The notes: generated from the letters alone by a model not told the origin. DNA of 62,719 nucleotides from Candidatus Undinarchaeota archaeon (GCA_964574035.1 CAZNLD010000005.1:1-62719); one strand, 5' to 3'. Counted from the first letter of the stretch, positions 35,178-45,524 are shown. Program-made: numbers and translations.

Positions 35178-37406
35178 ATGAAAGCCATAAACCACAAATA
35201 CCTTAAAGACGGGGCAATTGAATCCAGGATATACCAGGAGACTATTTTAGGAACTGCCTTGAAAAAGAATACTTTAGTAGTTCTACCTACTGGTCTTGGC
35301 AAAACATTTGTCGCTGCTATGCTTGCAGCCAAAAGAGTTGAGGAGAATCCAAGATACAAAGTTCTTTTTCTGGCCCCCACTAAACCGTTAGTTGTTCAGC
35401 ACTGTGAAACCTGGAAGGATGTTTTTGAAATTGAGGATGATGAATTTCAAGTATTTACAGGAGAGACGCCCCCGGAAAAAAGAGAAAAAACGTATAAAGA
35501 CCCGCAGTTTATTTTTGCAACGCCCCAAGTTATTCAAAACGACATTCTTGCAGACAGATATCCGTTAGATGAAACCTCTTTGCTGATAGTTGATGAAGCT
35601 CACCGGGCAACTGGCAATTATCCTTATGGGTTTATTGCCAAAAAATTTGTTGAAAATGCAACAGAACCAAGAATTCTTGGTTTGACTGCTTCTCCCGGTT
35701 CAAGTAAATCTGACATTGAAAGTGTTTGTAATGAATTGTATATTGAAGACATTGAAAGCAGGAGCAGAGAAAATGAAGAAGTTAAAAAGTATATTAAAAA
35801 AAGAGATTTTGACTGGGTTAAAGTTGACCTGCCGAGAGATTTTATCAGGATTAAATCTCTGCTTGAAGCAGTTATGAAGGACCATTTGAGGTTTTTAAAG
35901 CAAGGCGGCATTATTCAGAGTTCTGCAATTAATAAAATTAGAAAGAAAAAAATGCTTGAACTTCAAGCCAGTTTGGCTAGAAAAGCATCCAATAATTCTG
36001 ATTTTTATAAATATATAAGTGCTGTTGCCGCTGTTTTAAAACTTTATCATGCATTAGGGCTTCTTGAAACTCAGGGGATTAAGCCACTTTGTACATATTT
36101 TAAGAAGCTGGACAGAGACAAGAGTAAAGCTGCAGAAAACATTTTAAATAATTTTGATTTTGGAAAGGCAAGAAGGATTTCTGAAAGTTTGTTTGAAAAG
36201 AAAATTGAGCATCCAAAGGTTGAGAAAATGCTGGAGCTTGTTGAAAAAGTGGACAAATCAATTGTTTTTGCTAATTACAGGTCCTCGGTCGATACTATAA
36301 TTAAAAGACTGAAAAAGGCAGGAATTAAAGCAGTTAAGTTGGTTGGACAGGCAAGAGGAGAAGAAGACGGTTTAACGCAGAAAGAGCAGGTTAAGAGACT
36401 ACAGGATTTTAGAGAAGGAAAATATGAGGTTCTTGTTGCAACGAGTATTGGAGAAGAAGGCCTGGATATTCCAGAAGTTGACTTGGTTGTATTTTACGAA
36501 CCGGTTCCTTCAGCTATTAGAAGTATTCAGCGGGCAGGAAGAACGGCAAGGCACAGTCCGGGGGCAGTTAAAGTTTTAATGACAAAAGGTACTAGAGACG
36601 AAGCTTATTACTGGGCCTCATTCCACCGAGAGCGGAATATGGAAAAGGCTTTGAAAAAAATTGATTTGGGAAAGGTTCAGAGAACGCTAGACAAGTTTTC
36701 AGGAAATGAAAAAAATAAAAAAGAAGGTAAAAAGGAAAATGGAAACAAGAATAATAAGGATAATAAATTAGTTGTTTTTGCAGATACAAGAGAGTCCGGC
36801 TCCGGTATTTTAAGAGAGTTAAATGAAAAAGGAATTGAAATCAGAATTAAACAGCTCGATGTTGCTGACTTTCAAATTTCTGATAGAGTAGCAGTTGAAA
36901 GAAAAACTACAAAGGATTTTGTTAAATCTTTAATTGACGGCAGATTATTTAAGCAGGCACCTGGCTTTTCAGAAATGTTTGAGAAACCCGTTATTATTGT
37001 TGAAGGAGATGAACTTTACAATCATGGTAAAATACACCCCAACTCAATAAGAGGGGCTCTTTCATCCCTTGTTCTGGACTTTAAGGTCCCGATAATTTAT
37101 ACGAAAGATATGAAAGAAACTGCTTCATTTATTGAACTCCTGGCAAAAAGAGAGCAGTTAGATGAGAAAAGAGATATTGTTTTAAGGAGTGGTAAAAGAC
37201 CAAAAACAAAAGAAGAGATGAAGCAGTACATTGTTGAATCGCTTCCATATGTAGGCCCTAGAATGGCTAAAAAATTACTGAACAACTTTGGCTCAGTAAA
37301 GAGTATATTTAATGCTTCTGAAACGGAATTAAAGAAAATAGATAATGTTGGAAATAAAAAAGCAGGACATATAAAAAAAGTGATTGAGGAAGAATATGGG
37401 GAATAG
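35178..37406 (+). CDS. hef: Hef helicase/nuclease (SF2 helicase + ERCC4/XPF nuclease + HhH2)
   Basis: PTGLGKT, VDEAHRA, QRAGRTAR. Nuclease part DTRE...VERKT..D. C-terminal HhH pair LPYVGPRMAKKLL...IDNVGNKKA. ATG at 35178. Confidence 0.9.
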   Translation: MKAINHKYLKDGAIESRIYQETILGTALKKNTLVVLPTGLGKTFVAAMLAAKRVEENPRYKVLFLAPTKPLVVQHCETWKDVFEIEDDEFQVFTGETPPEKREKTYKDPQFIFATPQVIQNDILADRYPLDETSLLIVDEAHRATGNYPYGFIAKKFVENATEPRILGLTASPGSSKSDIESVCNELYIEDIESRSRENEEVKKYIKKRDFDWVKVDLPRDFIRIKSLLEAVMKDHLRFLKQGGIIQSSAINKIRKKKMLELQASLARKASNNSDFYKYISAVAAVLKLYHALGLLETQGIKPLCTYFKKLDRDKSKAAENILNNFDFGKARRISESLFEKKIEHPKVEKMLELVEKVDKSIVFANYRSSVDTIIKRLKKAGIKAVKLVGQARGEEDGLTQKEQVKRLQDFREGKYEVLVATSIGEEGLDIPEVDLVVFYEPVPSAIRSIQRAGRTARHSPGAVKVLMTKGTRDEAYYWASFHRERNMEKALKKIDLGKVQRTLDKFSGNEKNKKEGKKENGNKNNKDNKLVVFADTRESGSGILRELNEKGIEIRIKQLDVADFQISDRVAVERKTTKDFVKSLIDGRLFKQAPGFSEMFEKPVIIVEGDELYNHGKIHPNSIRGALSSLVLDFKVPIIYTKDMKETASFIELLAKREQLDEKRDIVLRSGKRPKTKEEMKQYIVESLPYVGPRMAKKLLNNFGSVKSIFNASETELKKIDNVGNKKAGHIKKVIEEEYGE

Positions 37407-37453
37407 AAAATTTTCTGAATTAATTGGATAAAAATAGAAGTTTTGAAAAATAT

Positions 37454-37870
37454 TTAGCTAACTAAAACATCTTTTCTGAAATTTGTAAAATCACTATAAA
37501 TGTTATCCAGTTGAGTAATAACTTGCTCTTTGAGCGCCCCAGAGACTACTCCTGAAGGCAGTGCCTCCCATTTCACTAAAGTTGGCGGGGGCTCATCTGC
37601 TTTCATTGATAGCTCAATTAGGACTTCATAAGTAAACCATGCCTCTTCAATAAACTCTTTAGCTACTTCGGTTATTTTTTTAGCTTTATTTGGATGTTCC
37701 CTTGCTTCTTTGATATACATAACTTCAAATTTTGCTATCCATTGCTTTAATTCTGCAGCCTGTTGGTGTATTACTGTTGAATCGACCGCTCCCGTTGCAG
37801 GGTCAATTGCCGATTTGCATACTCTCCTTATTGACCTAAGCTTTGATTCAAGCTCTCTTATTAGAACCAT
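37454..37870 (-). CDS. Hypothetical protein
   Basis: Trimmed to the internal ATG at 37870 (MVLIRELESKL...). The longer ORF has an implausible hydrophobic extension that would overlap the divergent gene. Confidence 0.45.
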   Translation of the reverse strand: MVLIRELESKLRSIRRVCKSAIDPATGAVDSTVIHQQAAELKQWIAKFEVMYIKEAREHPNKAKKITEVAKEFIEEAWFTYEVLIELSMKADEPPPTLVKWEALPSGVVSGALKEQVITQLDNIYSDFTNFRKDVLVS

Positions 37871-37971
37871 ATTAATTGAGTTGTTTCTGAAATACTTAAA
37901 AGTGTTGGTAAGATATTTAAAGTAATGTTTAATTATTATCCATATAGATAAAAAATAACTTAATTGATAAA

Positions 37972-38499
37972 ATGGGAAGAGGAAGACCGCCAAATAGTCC
38001 AGTAAGAGATAGAATGCAGATGATTGTAGATGCACTAGGAGTCACTTATGGATATGAAATTCATAAAGCGTATGAGGAGATTTTTGAACCAATTGAATTG
38101 AGATCAATGTATTATCATTTAAAAAAAGGAGTGCAGTTGAATGAATTTGAAGAAGTAGGAGTTGAAAAGGTTAAGGGGCCGTTTACCTGGGGCGATGTCA
38201 GTATAAGAAAATACTATATATTAGGACCGGAAGCTGAGAAAAGAGCTACGGAAGAAGTACAAAAAATTATAGAAAATAGTGACTTTGAGAGAAAGGAGCC
38301 AAAAGAATTTGTTTCCTGGGATAAAATCATAAATGAATATAAACAGAAAATAGAAAAAGAGATTAAAGGAGCAACAAAAAAAGAAAAAGCCGAAAAATTA
38401 CTTGAAAATATTGATAAAATTCTTTCCTGGCTGGAAGCAAACTCTTCTGAAAATATAGAGAGTATTAAAAAAGTTAGAGAAAAAATAAAAAAATTATAA
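37972..38499 (+). CDS. PadR-like winged-helix transcription regulator
   Basis: YGYEIHKAYEEIF...SMYYHLKKGVQLNEFEEV resembles the PadR Y.YEI/LY..L.KL pattern. Confidence 0.5.
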   Translation: MGRGRPPNSPVRDRMQMIVDALGVTYGYEIHKAYEEIFEPIELRSMYYHLKKGVQLNEFEEVGVEKVKGPFTWGDVSIRKYYILGPEAEKRATEEVQKIIENSDFERKEPKEFVSWDKIINEYKQKIEKEIKGATKKEKAEKLLENIDKILSWLEANSSENIESIKKVREKIKKL

Positions 38500-38520
38500 C
38501 GGAATCAAAAGTTATTGGCC

Positions 38521-39036
38521 CACAGAGCCCTTTGTTTCCCCTGGAGGTTGGAAAATTTGTCCCTGTTTCCGAAAAATTTTATAATGGTTCAGATTTCGGG
38601 AAAGAGTTAGCATGTTTTAATAAACATTTTTTGAATTTTTCCACTTGAAATGATGGTGTGTTTTTAAGTTTTGTGTGGCGCATCTTTTTGGTTTAATTAG
38701 TTTTAGTAAAGAAAATTATTATTATTTATTATTATCTTTATGGAAAATATTTATTTATTATTTATTATCCATATAGAAAATATTTCATTAACAAATAAAA
38801 CAACACACCCCTTTGTTTCGGGTGGAGAACCCCTTTATTTCCTGTAGAGCCAAAAAGAAAGCCAAAATGAGCTTCAAATTAAAAATAAAATAGATTTTTA
38901 AAGTTTTTTACAAAAAGAAACTGATTTTTCCTGCTTTTAAAACCTTGTAAAATCTATAAAAGTTAACAAAAAACGCCCTTTTTAGAAACAAAGCCATTAA
39001 ATCCCTTTGTTCCACTTGAAATGAAGGGGGTGTGGG
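38521..39036. other. Chromosomal replication origin (oriC) with ORB-like boxes
   Basis: TTCCACTTGAAATGAAGGGGGTGTG (39010-39034, +) and TTCCACTTGAAATGATGGTGTG (38639-38660, +). Inverted copies at 38521-38547, 38804-38829 and 38830-38851 (reverse complement TTCTCCACCCGAAACAAAGGGGTGTG etc.). Lies directly upstream of orc1/cdc6. Confidence 0.8.
38695..38800. repeat. AT-rich putative DNA unwinding element with about 30-bp imperfect direct repeat
   Basis: TTTATTATTATCTTTATGGAAAATATTT and TTTATTATTTATTATCCATATAGAAAATATTT, almost devoid of G/C, between oppositely oriented ORBs. Confidence 0.7.
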
Positions 39037-39137
39037 TTCCAAAAAGTACTTAATACAACAAATAAATATATAAACCAGCGTTTCCTATGCAAAAAAGCAG
39101 TTGAAATTTTAATTAATTTGCTGCTGTGGGGTAATTA

Positions 39138-40331
39138 ATGGCACAAAAGAAATTAGATGATCTATTTGACAACTTCCTAAACAAACAATCCCTTTTTAAG
39201 AACAAAAGGACACTACAGGACGCTTACACTCCTGAAACCGTCCCTCATAGAGAGGAACAAATTCAACAGCTCGCTTCTATTCTCGTTTCAGCTTTAAGGG
39301 GTGAAAAACCCTCAAATGTTTTTATTTATGGTAAAACCGGAACCGGTAAAACCCTAGTTTCAAAATATGTAGCTCAGGAGCTTGAAAACCGGTCAAAACG
39401 AGAGAACAGAAAGCTGAAAGCAAGCTACTTAAATTGCAAAATGGAGAAGGTAAATACTTCCTATCGGCTTCTGGCTCATTTCATAAATGAACTTGGAGAA
39501 ACCGTGCCCGCAACCGGGCTGCCTACGGACCAAGTTTATAAAAAATTCTTAAAAACATTCGATTCAGAAAGCGGAGTTCATATTTTAATTCTTGACGAAA
39601 TAGAGTCTTTAACAGATTCAAATATTCTCTATGATTTGACCAGAATTAATACCGAACTTAAAAATGCAACAATATCCATTGTAGGAATTACTAACGATTT
39701 GTCCTTTACAGATGATTTAGATTCAAGAATTAAATCAAGTTTATCTGAGGAAGAACTAGTTTTTCCACCTTATAACGCATTACAACTCCAAGATATCCTC
39801 GCGCAAAGAGCAAACACTGCTCTTGAAAACGGCTGTCTTGAACCCGGAACAATTGAAAAATGCGCTGCTTTGGCAGCGTTAGAGCACGGAGACGCCAGGA
39901 GGGCTCTTGATTTATTAAGAGTTGCTTGCGAGCTTACCGAAAGAGCAAGCGAAGATTCAGTTTCTATAAAACACGTTGAAATGGCCCAGAAAAAACTTGA
40001 TATTGACAGAATAGTTGAAGTTGTAAAAACACTACCAAAACAATCTCAAATTGTCCTAAACAGCATCATTTACCTAAAAGATTTAAATAAAGAAGAAGTT
40101 GCAACCGGTGACGTCTTTGAAGTCTACAAGAACTTCTGCAAACAATTAAACAGTTCACCCCTAACCCAGAGAAGAGTATCGGATTTAATTTCTGAATTAG
40201 ACATGCTAGGTTTAATTAATGCAACTATAATTTCAAAGGGAAGGTACGGCAGGACAAGAAAAATAAAACTTGATATGTCTGAAAAAGCACTGGAAGACAG
40301 CAAAGAAATTCTCAAACAAGAGTTATTATGA
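39138..40331 (+). CDS. cdc6: Orc1/Cdc6 replication initiator
   Basis: PHREEQI, Walker A GKTGTGKT, Walker B ILILDEIE, GDARRALDLLR sensor, C-terminal wHTH. Confidence 0.95.
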   Translation: MAQKKLDDLFDNFLNKQSLFKNKRTLQDAYTPETVPHREEQIQQLASILVSALRGEKPSNVFIYGKTGTGKTLVSKYVAQELENRSKRENRKLKASYLNCKMEKVNTSYRLLAHFINELGETVPATGLPTDQVYKKFLKTFDSESGVHILILDEIESLTDSNILYDLTRINTELKNATISIVGITNDLSFTDDLDSRIKSSLSEEELVFPPYNALQLQDILAQRANTALENGCLEPGTIEKCAALAALEHGDARRALDLLRVACELTERASEDSVSIKHVEMAQKKLDIDRIVEVVKTLPKQSQIVLNSIIYLKDLNKEEVATGDVFEVYKNFCKQLNSSPLTQRRVSDLISELDMLGLINATIISKGRYGRTRKIKLDMSEKALEDSKEILKQELL

Positions 40332-41752
40332 CTGATAAATTAGCTCCAAAAATAATGAATTTGTTTCTGGAGAATAACATTCAGATTTCTAGAGACGCCT
40401 TAGATATAATAATCAAAAACAACAGCCCCCTATCGTATTCAGAAAAATTAATCAAAACTTCAAAAAAGGAGGGAAAACTTTTCATAAATACGTCTCAGTT
40501 AAGAAAGGGACTGATAAAACCAAAAATTGAAGTTCTTAGAAGTTTTAATCAGACCTATAAAATTTCAGATGTTCAGGACATGTCTGCTTATTTTCAGGCA
40601 AGGCTGAATTACTACAAAAAAGGCCTGCAAAAAAGACTGCAGAGCGTTGCTTCTATTAACAACATTAAAAGAGCCGGAAGAGAAGAAATGAGTATAATTG
40701 CAATAGTTTCTGATAAAAGAAGAACTAAAAGTGAAAATGTAATGTTCCGTCTGGAAGATTTTTCCGGAGAAATAAGAGCAATTGCAACAAAAGAAAAGCT
40801 AATAAAAGAGGCTGAAAAAATAGTGAATGATGATGTTCTCGGTTTTACAGGAAACATGAGCAACGGCATCTTTTTTATTAATGAATTTACATGGCCGGAC
40901 ATGCCTATACACCACAACACAAAAAACAGGGGAGAAGATGTAATAGCAGCGTTTCTTTCAGATATCCATCTTGGAAGCAGAGAGTTCGAAACAGAAAAAT
41001 TTCAGAAAATGATTGACTGGATAAATGGAGATTTAGACACTCATGCAGAAATCCATCCTCACCTTTCAGAAAAACTCAAATATATTTTTATAGCAGGCGA
41101 CCTAGTAGATGGTGTTGGTGTATATCCCAATCAAGAACAAGATTTAGTAATCAAAGATATTTACAAACAATACAAAGAAGCAGCAAATCTGCTTTCAGAA
41201 ATTCCTGAGGAGATTAAAATAGTAATTTCTCCTGGGAACCACGATTATGTAAGACTTGCACAGCCTCAGCCGCCAATTTCAAAAGAAGTCGCTCCTGATT
41301 TATATGAAATGCCTAACGTTGAAATGATAAGCAATCCTGGATTAGTCAGGGCAGGCAACGGATCAAACGCCACCAATGTTTTAATTTATCACGGAACAAG
41401 CATTGATAAATTGGTCATGTCCGACCCAAATTTAAAAGACGGCTATAAAAAACCGGGAAAAGTTATGACTGCCCTAATAAAAAGAAGACACTTATGTCCG
41501 CTTTTTGAGGGAGATATACTGCCCCAGCCGAACAACGGCGACCCTTTGGTAATACCTGAAAACATTGATGTACTTCATATGGGCCACGTACACTCAAATG
41601 ATGCTCTTGAATACAGGGGAATAACATTGGTTAACAGCGGAACCTGGCAGTCAAAAACAAGCTTCCAGGAATTTCTTGGTCACGAGCCAACACCGGCAAG
41701 ACTTCCTCTCTTAAATTTAAAAACCAAACAACTTACTTTAACACAATTCTAA
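40328..41752 (+). CDS. DNA polymerase D small subunit (DP1, exonuclease)
   Basis: OB region then calcineurin-like phosphoesterase motifs (LSDIHLGS, AGDLVDG, PGNHD, GHVH). ATGA overlap with cdc6. Confidence 0.9.
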   Translation: MTDKLAPKIMNLFLENNIQISRDALDIIIKNNSPLSYSEKLIKTSKKEGKLFINTSQLRKGLIKPKIEVLRSFNQTYKISDVQDMSAYFQARLNYYKKGLQKRLQSVASINNIKRAGREEMSIIAIVSDKRRTKSENVMFRLEDFSGEIRAIATKEKLIKEAEKIVNDDVLGFTGNMSNGIFFINEFTWPDMPIHHNTKNRGEDVIAAFLSDIHLGSREFETEKFQKMIDWINGDLDTHAEIHPHLSEKLKYIFIAGDLVDGVGVYPNQEQDLVIKDIYKQYKEAANLLSEIPEEIKIVISPGNHDYVRLAQPQPPISKEVAPDLYEMPNVEMISNPGLVRAGNGSNATNVLIYHGTSIDKLVMSDPNLKDGYKKPGKVMTALIKRRHLCPLFEGDILPQPNNGDPLVIPENIDVLHMGHVHSNDALEYRGITLVNSGTWQSKTSFQEFLGHEPTPARLPLLNLKTKQLTLTQF

Positions 41753-44700
41753 TGAATCAGGAAGAATATCTAAATCACTTAGAAGATGGAGTAAAGAGGG
41801 AATATAGTATTGCTTCGAAAGCGAGGAAAAAAGGAGTTGACCCCAAAGACGAGCCTGAAATATATGTTGCAAAAGACCTTGCAGATAAGGTAGAAGGTCT
41901 TATTGAATTTGAGGGCATCGGAGACATTGTAAGAAAATTACAGGAGAAAGTCAACACCGAGGAAGAAGTAGCATTTAAACTCGTTGATGAAGTAATAAAA
42001 AGAGTTGATGACCGAGAAAAAGCAGCAGATTTGGCAGTCAGAGCAGCTCTTGCTTTTCTAACTCAGGGTTCAGTGGCGGCTCCTTTAGAAGGCATTGCAA
42101 AAATTAAAATTCTTAAAAATCCAGACAATTCCGAATATTTAGCGATCTATTACGCAGGACCCATACGAGCCGCAGGAGGGACCGCAGAAGCAGTTTCAGT
42201 AGTAGTTGCAGATTACGTACATAAGGCGCTCGGCTTAGACAGATACAAACCAACTCAAAAAGAAATAGGCCGATATGTTGAAGAAGTTAGGTGGTACCAC
42301 AGAAGAAAAAGGCTTCAGTATAAACCTAAAGAAGAAGAAGTAAGGACAATTATTAAAAATGTACCGGTGTGTGTCGACGGCGATCCCACAGAACCATATG
42401 AGGTTTCAACTTACCGGAATTTAGGCAGAGTAAAAACCAATAGAGTAAGAGGAGGTATGTGTCTGGTTCTTGCAGAAGGTCTTGCTCAGAAGGCGCCCAA
42501 ATTACTGAAGCGATTAAAACCAATACAGGAAAAATACGGCTTAGATTGGTCCTGGCTGGAGGGACTTTTGGTTAAAAGAAAAACAGACGAAAGCGAAAAA
42601 GAAAAAGAAAAAATATCTCATATTGCTGAAAAAGAACTTCCTGATGAATTCAAAAAAGAGTATGAGGGTCACTTATTTACAATAGACGAAATCACTGAAA
42701 TTGTTCAGGAAACGAGTGCAATTGATGTTCTTGAAGACTATACCGATGAAGAACCAGAAAAGAAAGGAAGCGACAAATTCCTGAATGAAATACCTGCAGG
42801 AAGGCCGGTTTTTTCCTACCCCGGCAGAAAAGGCGGTTTCAATCTAAGGTATGGAAGAACAAGAGCAAGCGGATATGCAGCCATTTGTTTAAACCCTGCA
42901 ACAATGTGCATTTTAGACCGATTTATTGCAACAGGAACTCAGATAAGACTAGAACTGCCCGGAAAAGCAGGAATTGTGACTCCCTGCGATACAATAAATG
43001 GCCCAACTATTCTTCTAAAAGATGGAGAGGTTAAACAAGTAGACTCTTTTGAAGAAGCCAAAAAATACAAAGGAATGATTGAACGAATTATCAATTTAGG
43101 AGATCTTTTAATCTCCGCAGGCGACTTCTTTGAAAATAATCACAAATTACTGCCATCTTCTTATTGTGAAGAATGGTGGGCGAAGGAAGTCAAAAAAGCC
43201 CAGAAAGAAGAAAAGGCATCAGCAAAAGAAATTTTAAACTCCTCAAAATATCTAAACCCGCCTTTTGAAAAGCCTAGTTTTAAAAAAGCAAAAGAATTTT
43301 CAGAAAAACTTTCAATTCCGATGCATCCTGCTTACACATTTCAATGGAATTATGTTCAAAATTCTGACCTTTTGGAGCTGGCAAAAGCCCTTAAGGATTC
43401 TAAAATCGAAAATGAAAAAATCATACTTGAAAATATTTCCTCTGTTAAAAAAATCATAGAGAAATTATGCATTTTCCATAAGTTAGAAGATTCAAAAATC
43501 ATAATTTCTGAACATAAAGAACCTCTTTTATCATCTATAGGAAGGCCAAAAGAGTGGGATAAAATAATCAAAATCATTGAAGGCAACAAGAGACATAAAA
43601 CATTAGATACGGTCAACAAGCTTTCTGAAATAACAATAAAAGGCAAAACACCAACTAGGATTGGCGCCAGAATGGGCAGGCCTGAAAAGGCAAAGCCGAG
43701 AAAAATGACTCCTGCACCCCATGTCCTTTTCCCGACAGGCGTTAGGCAAGGCAGAGTCAGAAATTTAATGAAACTTTACAAAGAAGAAAAGAAAATCAAA
43801 CCATATCTGGCAAAATTTAAATGTAATAATTGTTCAAGCTTTCAGTTCTATCCTCAATGTCCTGACTGCGGTAGTAAAACAAATCTCTTGAACTTTTGTC
43901 CAAGGTGCAGAATTTTTTCAAAAGAAGAAAAATGCAAAAAATGCAATTCAAGTACTGTAACTTATGAGCAGCAGGAAATTGATATAAAAGAATTATTGGA
44001 CTCTGCATCAAAAAAATTGGGAACAAAGCTGCCTGAAAACATAAAAGGGATTCTGGGTATGTCTACCAAAAACAAAATACCTGAGGCAATTGAAAAGGGA
44101 ATTTTAAGAGCTGAACAGGACTTGTATGTTTTCAAAGACGGGACAATAAGGCATGATAGCACAGATGCGCCTTTAACACACTTCAGGCCGAATGAAATAA
44201 ACACCTCAATTGAAAAACTGAAAGAATTGGGCTATGATAAAGATATTTATGGAAAAAATCTAGAAAAAGAAAATCAAATCGTGGAGCTAAAACCACAGGA
44301 CATTGTAATAAGCGATTACGGCGAAAGTTCTGCTACTTCCTATTTATTGAAAGCCAGCAAATTTGTAGACAAACTTTTAGAAAAGTATTATGGATTAGAA
44401 AAGTATTATAACTGCAAAACAAAGGAAGACCTCGCCGGAACATTTGTGGTAGCTCTTGCACCTCATACTTCAACAGGAATTGTCGGCAGAATTATAGGAA
44501 GTACTGCTGCCAAAGTTACCTTCGCTCACCCCTGCTTCCACGATGCAAAGAGGAGGGACTGCGACGGAGACGAAGATGCAGTAATGCTGCTTTTAGATGC
44601 ACTTTTAAATTTTTCAAAGAGTTTTCTGCCTCAAAAAAGAGGAGGGAAAATGGATGCTCCATTAGTTATAACTTCGAAATTAGGTGCATTAGAAATTGAC

Positions 44701-45297
44701 GACGAAGTTTACGATATTGATATTGTTGGAGAATATCCTCTTTCATTTTATGAAACAGTTGAAAAAACAGCAGACCCTAATGATGTAGATTTGCTTACTT
44801 TCGGAGACACCATTTACGGCGAAGATCCCTTTGCAGGGTGGAATTACACGCACGAAACTACTGACATTAATAATGCTCCCTTGTCAAACATTTACACTGA
44901 AGGGAAAATGTCTAAAAAACTTAAAAAACAAATGCGTCTTGCTGAAATAATTGATGCAGTCGATGAAAAAAATGTTGCTGAAAAAATCATTAATAGTCAT
45001 TTCCTTCCAGATATAAAAGGAAATCTGAGGACTTTTTCAAAACAAAAAGTAAGGTGTACTAATTGCAATTCAAAATACAGGAGGCCTCCACTTTCGGGAA
45101 TATGTACGAATTGCGGAGGAAACCTAACCTTTACTGTTCACAGAGGTTCAATTGAAAAGTATCTGCAGATATCAAAAGATTTAATCAAGAAGTATAACGT
45201 ATCCCCTTACATTAGCCAGCAGATAGATTTATACGAAGCAAACATCAAATCAATATTTGGAGAAAAAGCTCAGAAAGAGCTCCAGTCTTTTACATAA
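41752..45297 (+). CDS. DNA polymerase D large subunit (DP2)
   Basis: 1181 aa. Zinc modules CNNCSS..CPDCGS and CTNCNSKYRR...CTNCGG, catalytic region HPCFHDAKRRDCDGDEDA. TAATG overlap with DP1. Confidence 0.95.
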   Translation: MNQEEYLNHLEDGVKREYSIASKARKKGVDPKDEPEIYVAKDLADKVEGLIEFEGIGDIVRKLQEKVNTEEEVAFKLVDEVIKRVDDREKAADLAVRAALAFLTQGSVAAPLEGIAKIKILKNPDNSEYLAIYYAGPIRAAGGTAEAVSVVVADYVHKALGLDRYKPTQKEIGRYVEEVRWYHRRKRLQYKPKEEEVRTIIKNVPVCVDGDPTEPYEVSTYRNLGRVKTNRVRGGMCLVLAEGLAQKAPKLLKRLKPIQEKYGLDWSWLEGLLVKRKTDESEKEKEKISHIAEKELPDEFKKEYEGHLFTIDEITEIVQETSAIDVLEDYTDEEPEKKGSDKFLNEIPAGRPVFSYPGRKGGFNLRYGRTRASGYAAICLNPATMCILDRFIATGTQIRLELPGKAGIVTPCDTINGPTILLKDGEVKQVDSFEEAKKYKGMIERIINLGDLLISAGDFFENNHKLLPSSYCEEWWAKEVKKAQKEEKASAKEILNSSKYLNPPFEKPSFKKAKEFSEKLSIPMHPAYTFQWNYVQNSDLLELAKALKDSKIENEKIILENISSVKKIIEKLCIFHKLEDSKIIISEHKEPLLSSIGRPKEWDKIIKIIEGNKRHKTLDTVNKLSEITIKGKTPTRIGARMGRPEKAKPRKMTPAPHVLFPTGVRQGRVRNLMKLYKEEKKIKPYLAKFKCNNCSSFQFYPQCPDCGSKTNLLNFCPRCRIFSKEEKCKKCNSSTVTYEQQEIDIKELLDSASKKLGTKLPENIKGILGMSTKNKIPEAIEKGILRAEQDLYVFKDGTIRHDSTDAPLTHFRPNEINTSIEKLKELGYDKDIYGKNLEKENQIVELKPQDIVISDYGESSATSYLLKASKFVDKLLEKYYGLEKYYNCKTKEDLAGTFVVALAPHTSTGIVGRIIGSTAAKVTFAHPCFHDAKRRDCDGDEDAVMLLLDALLNFSKSFLPQKRGGKMDAPLVITSKLGALEIDDEVYDIDIVGEYPLSFYETVEKTADPNDVDLLTFGDTIYGEDPFAGWNYTHETTDINNAPLSNIYTEGKMSKKLKKQMRLAEIIDAVDEKNVAEKIINSHFLPDIKGNLRTFSKQKVRCTNCNSKYRRPPLSGICTNCGGNLTFTVHRGSIEKYLQISKDLIKKYNVSPYISQQIDLYEANIKSIFGEKAQKELQSFT

Positions 45298-45524
45298 TGG
45301 CCAAAAAAGAAAAAGAAGAACTATTAGAAGAACAGGAAGATTTACCGGAAAAAGAAGAAAAGCCCGAGTTAAAAGAACCGAAGGAAATGGAAGAACTTGA
45401 AGAGCCTTCTTTTACATCTCCACAGGAATCTTTAAGAGAAAATAAAAAATTTTTAATCGCTCTCGCCTCTTTCATCTTCTTAACCTTTTTGTATTTATTT
45501 CTACTATCAAAAGGACTTCTTTAA
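45297..45524 (+). CDS. Small acidic protein with C-terminal TM helix
   Basis: 75 aa. EELLEEQEDLPEKEEKPELKEPKEMEELEE then FLIALASFIFLTFLYLFLL. Start overlaps the DP2 stop. Confidence 0.45.
   Translation: MAKKEKEELLEEQEDLPEKEEKPELKEPKEMEELEEPSFTSPQESLRENKKFLIALASFIFLTFLYLFLLSKGLL

Noticed and set aside
35096-35380. 94-aa minus-strand ORF overlapping the hef start
   Set aside because: It overlaps the Hef helicase motif I region on the opposite strand and has no supporting motif.
37871-38035. N-terminal 55 codons of ORF 37454-38035
   Set aside because: The extension is hydrophobic and aromatic-rich, and it overlaps the divergent PadR-like gene and its promoter. The internal ATG at 37870 is more plausible.
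41752-45297. Inteins in PolD DP2, the PolB fragment or CDC48
   Set aside because: Protein lengths are normal. No Cys/Ser...HN-Cys splice-junction blocks or homing-endonuclease motifs interrupt the conserved regions.
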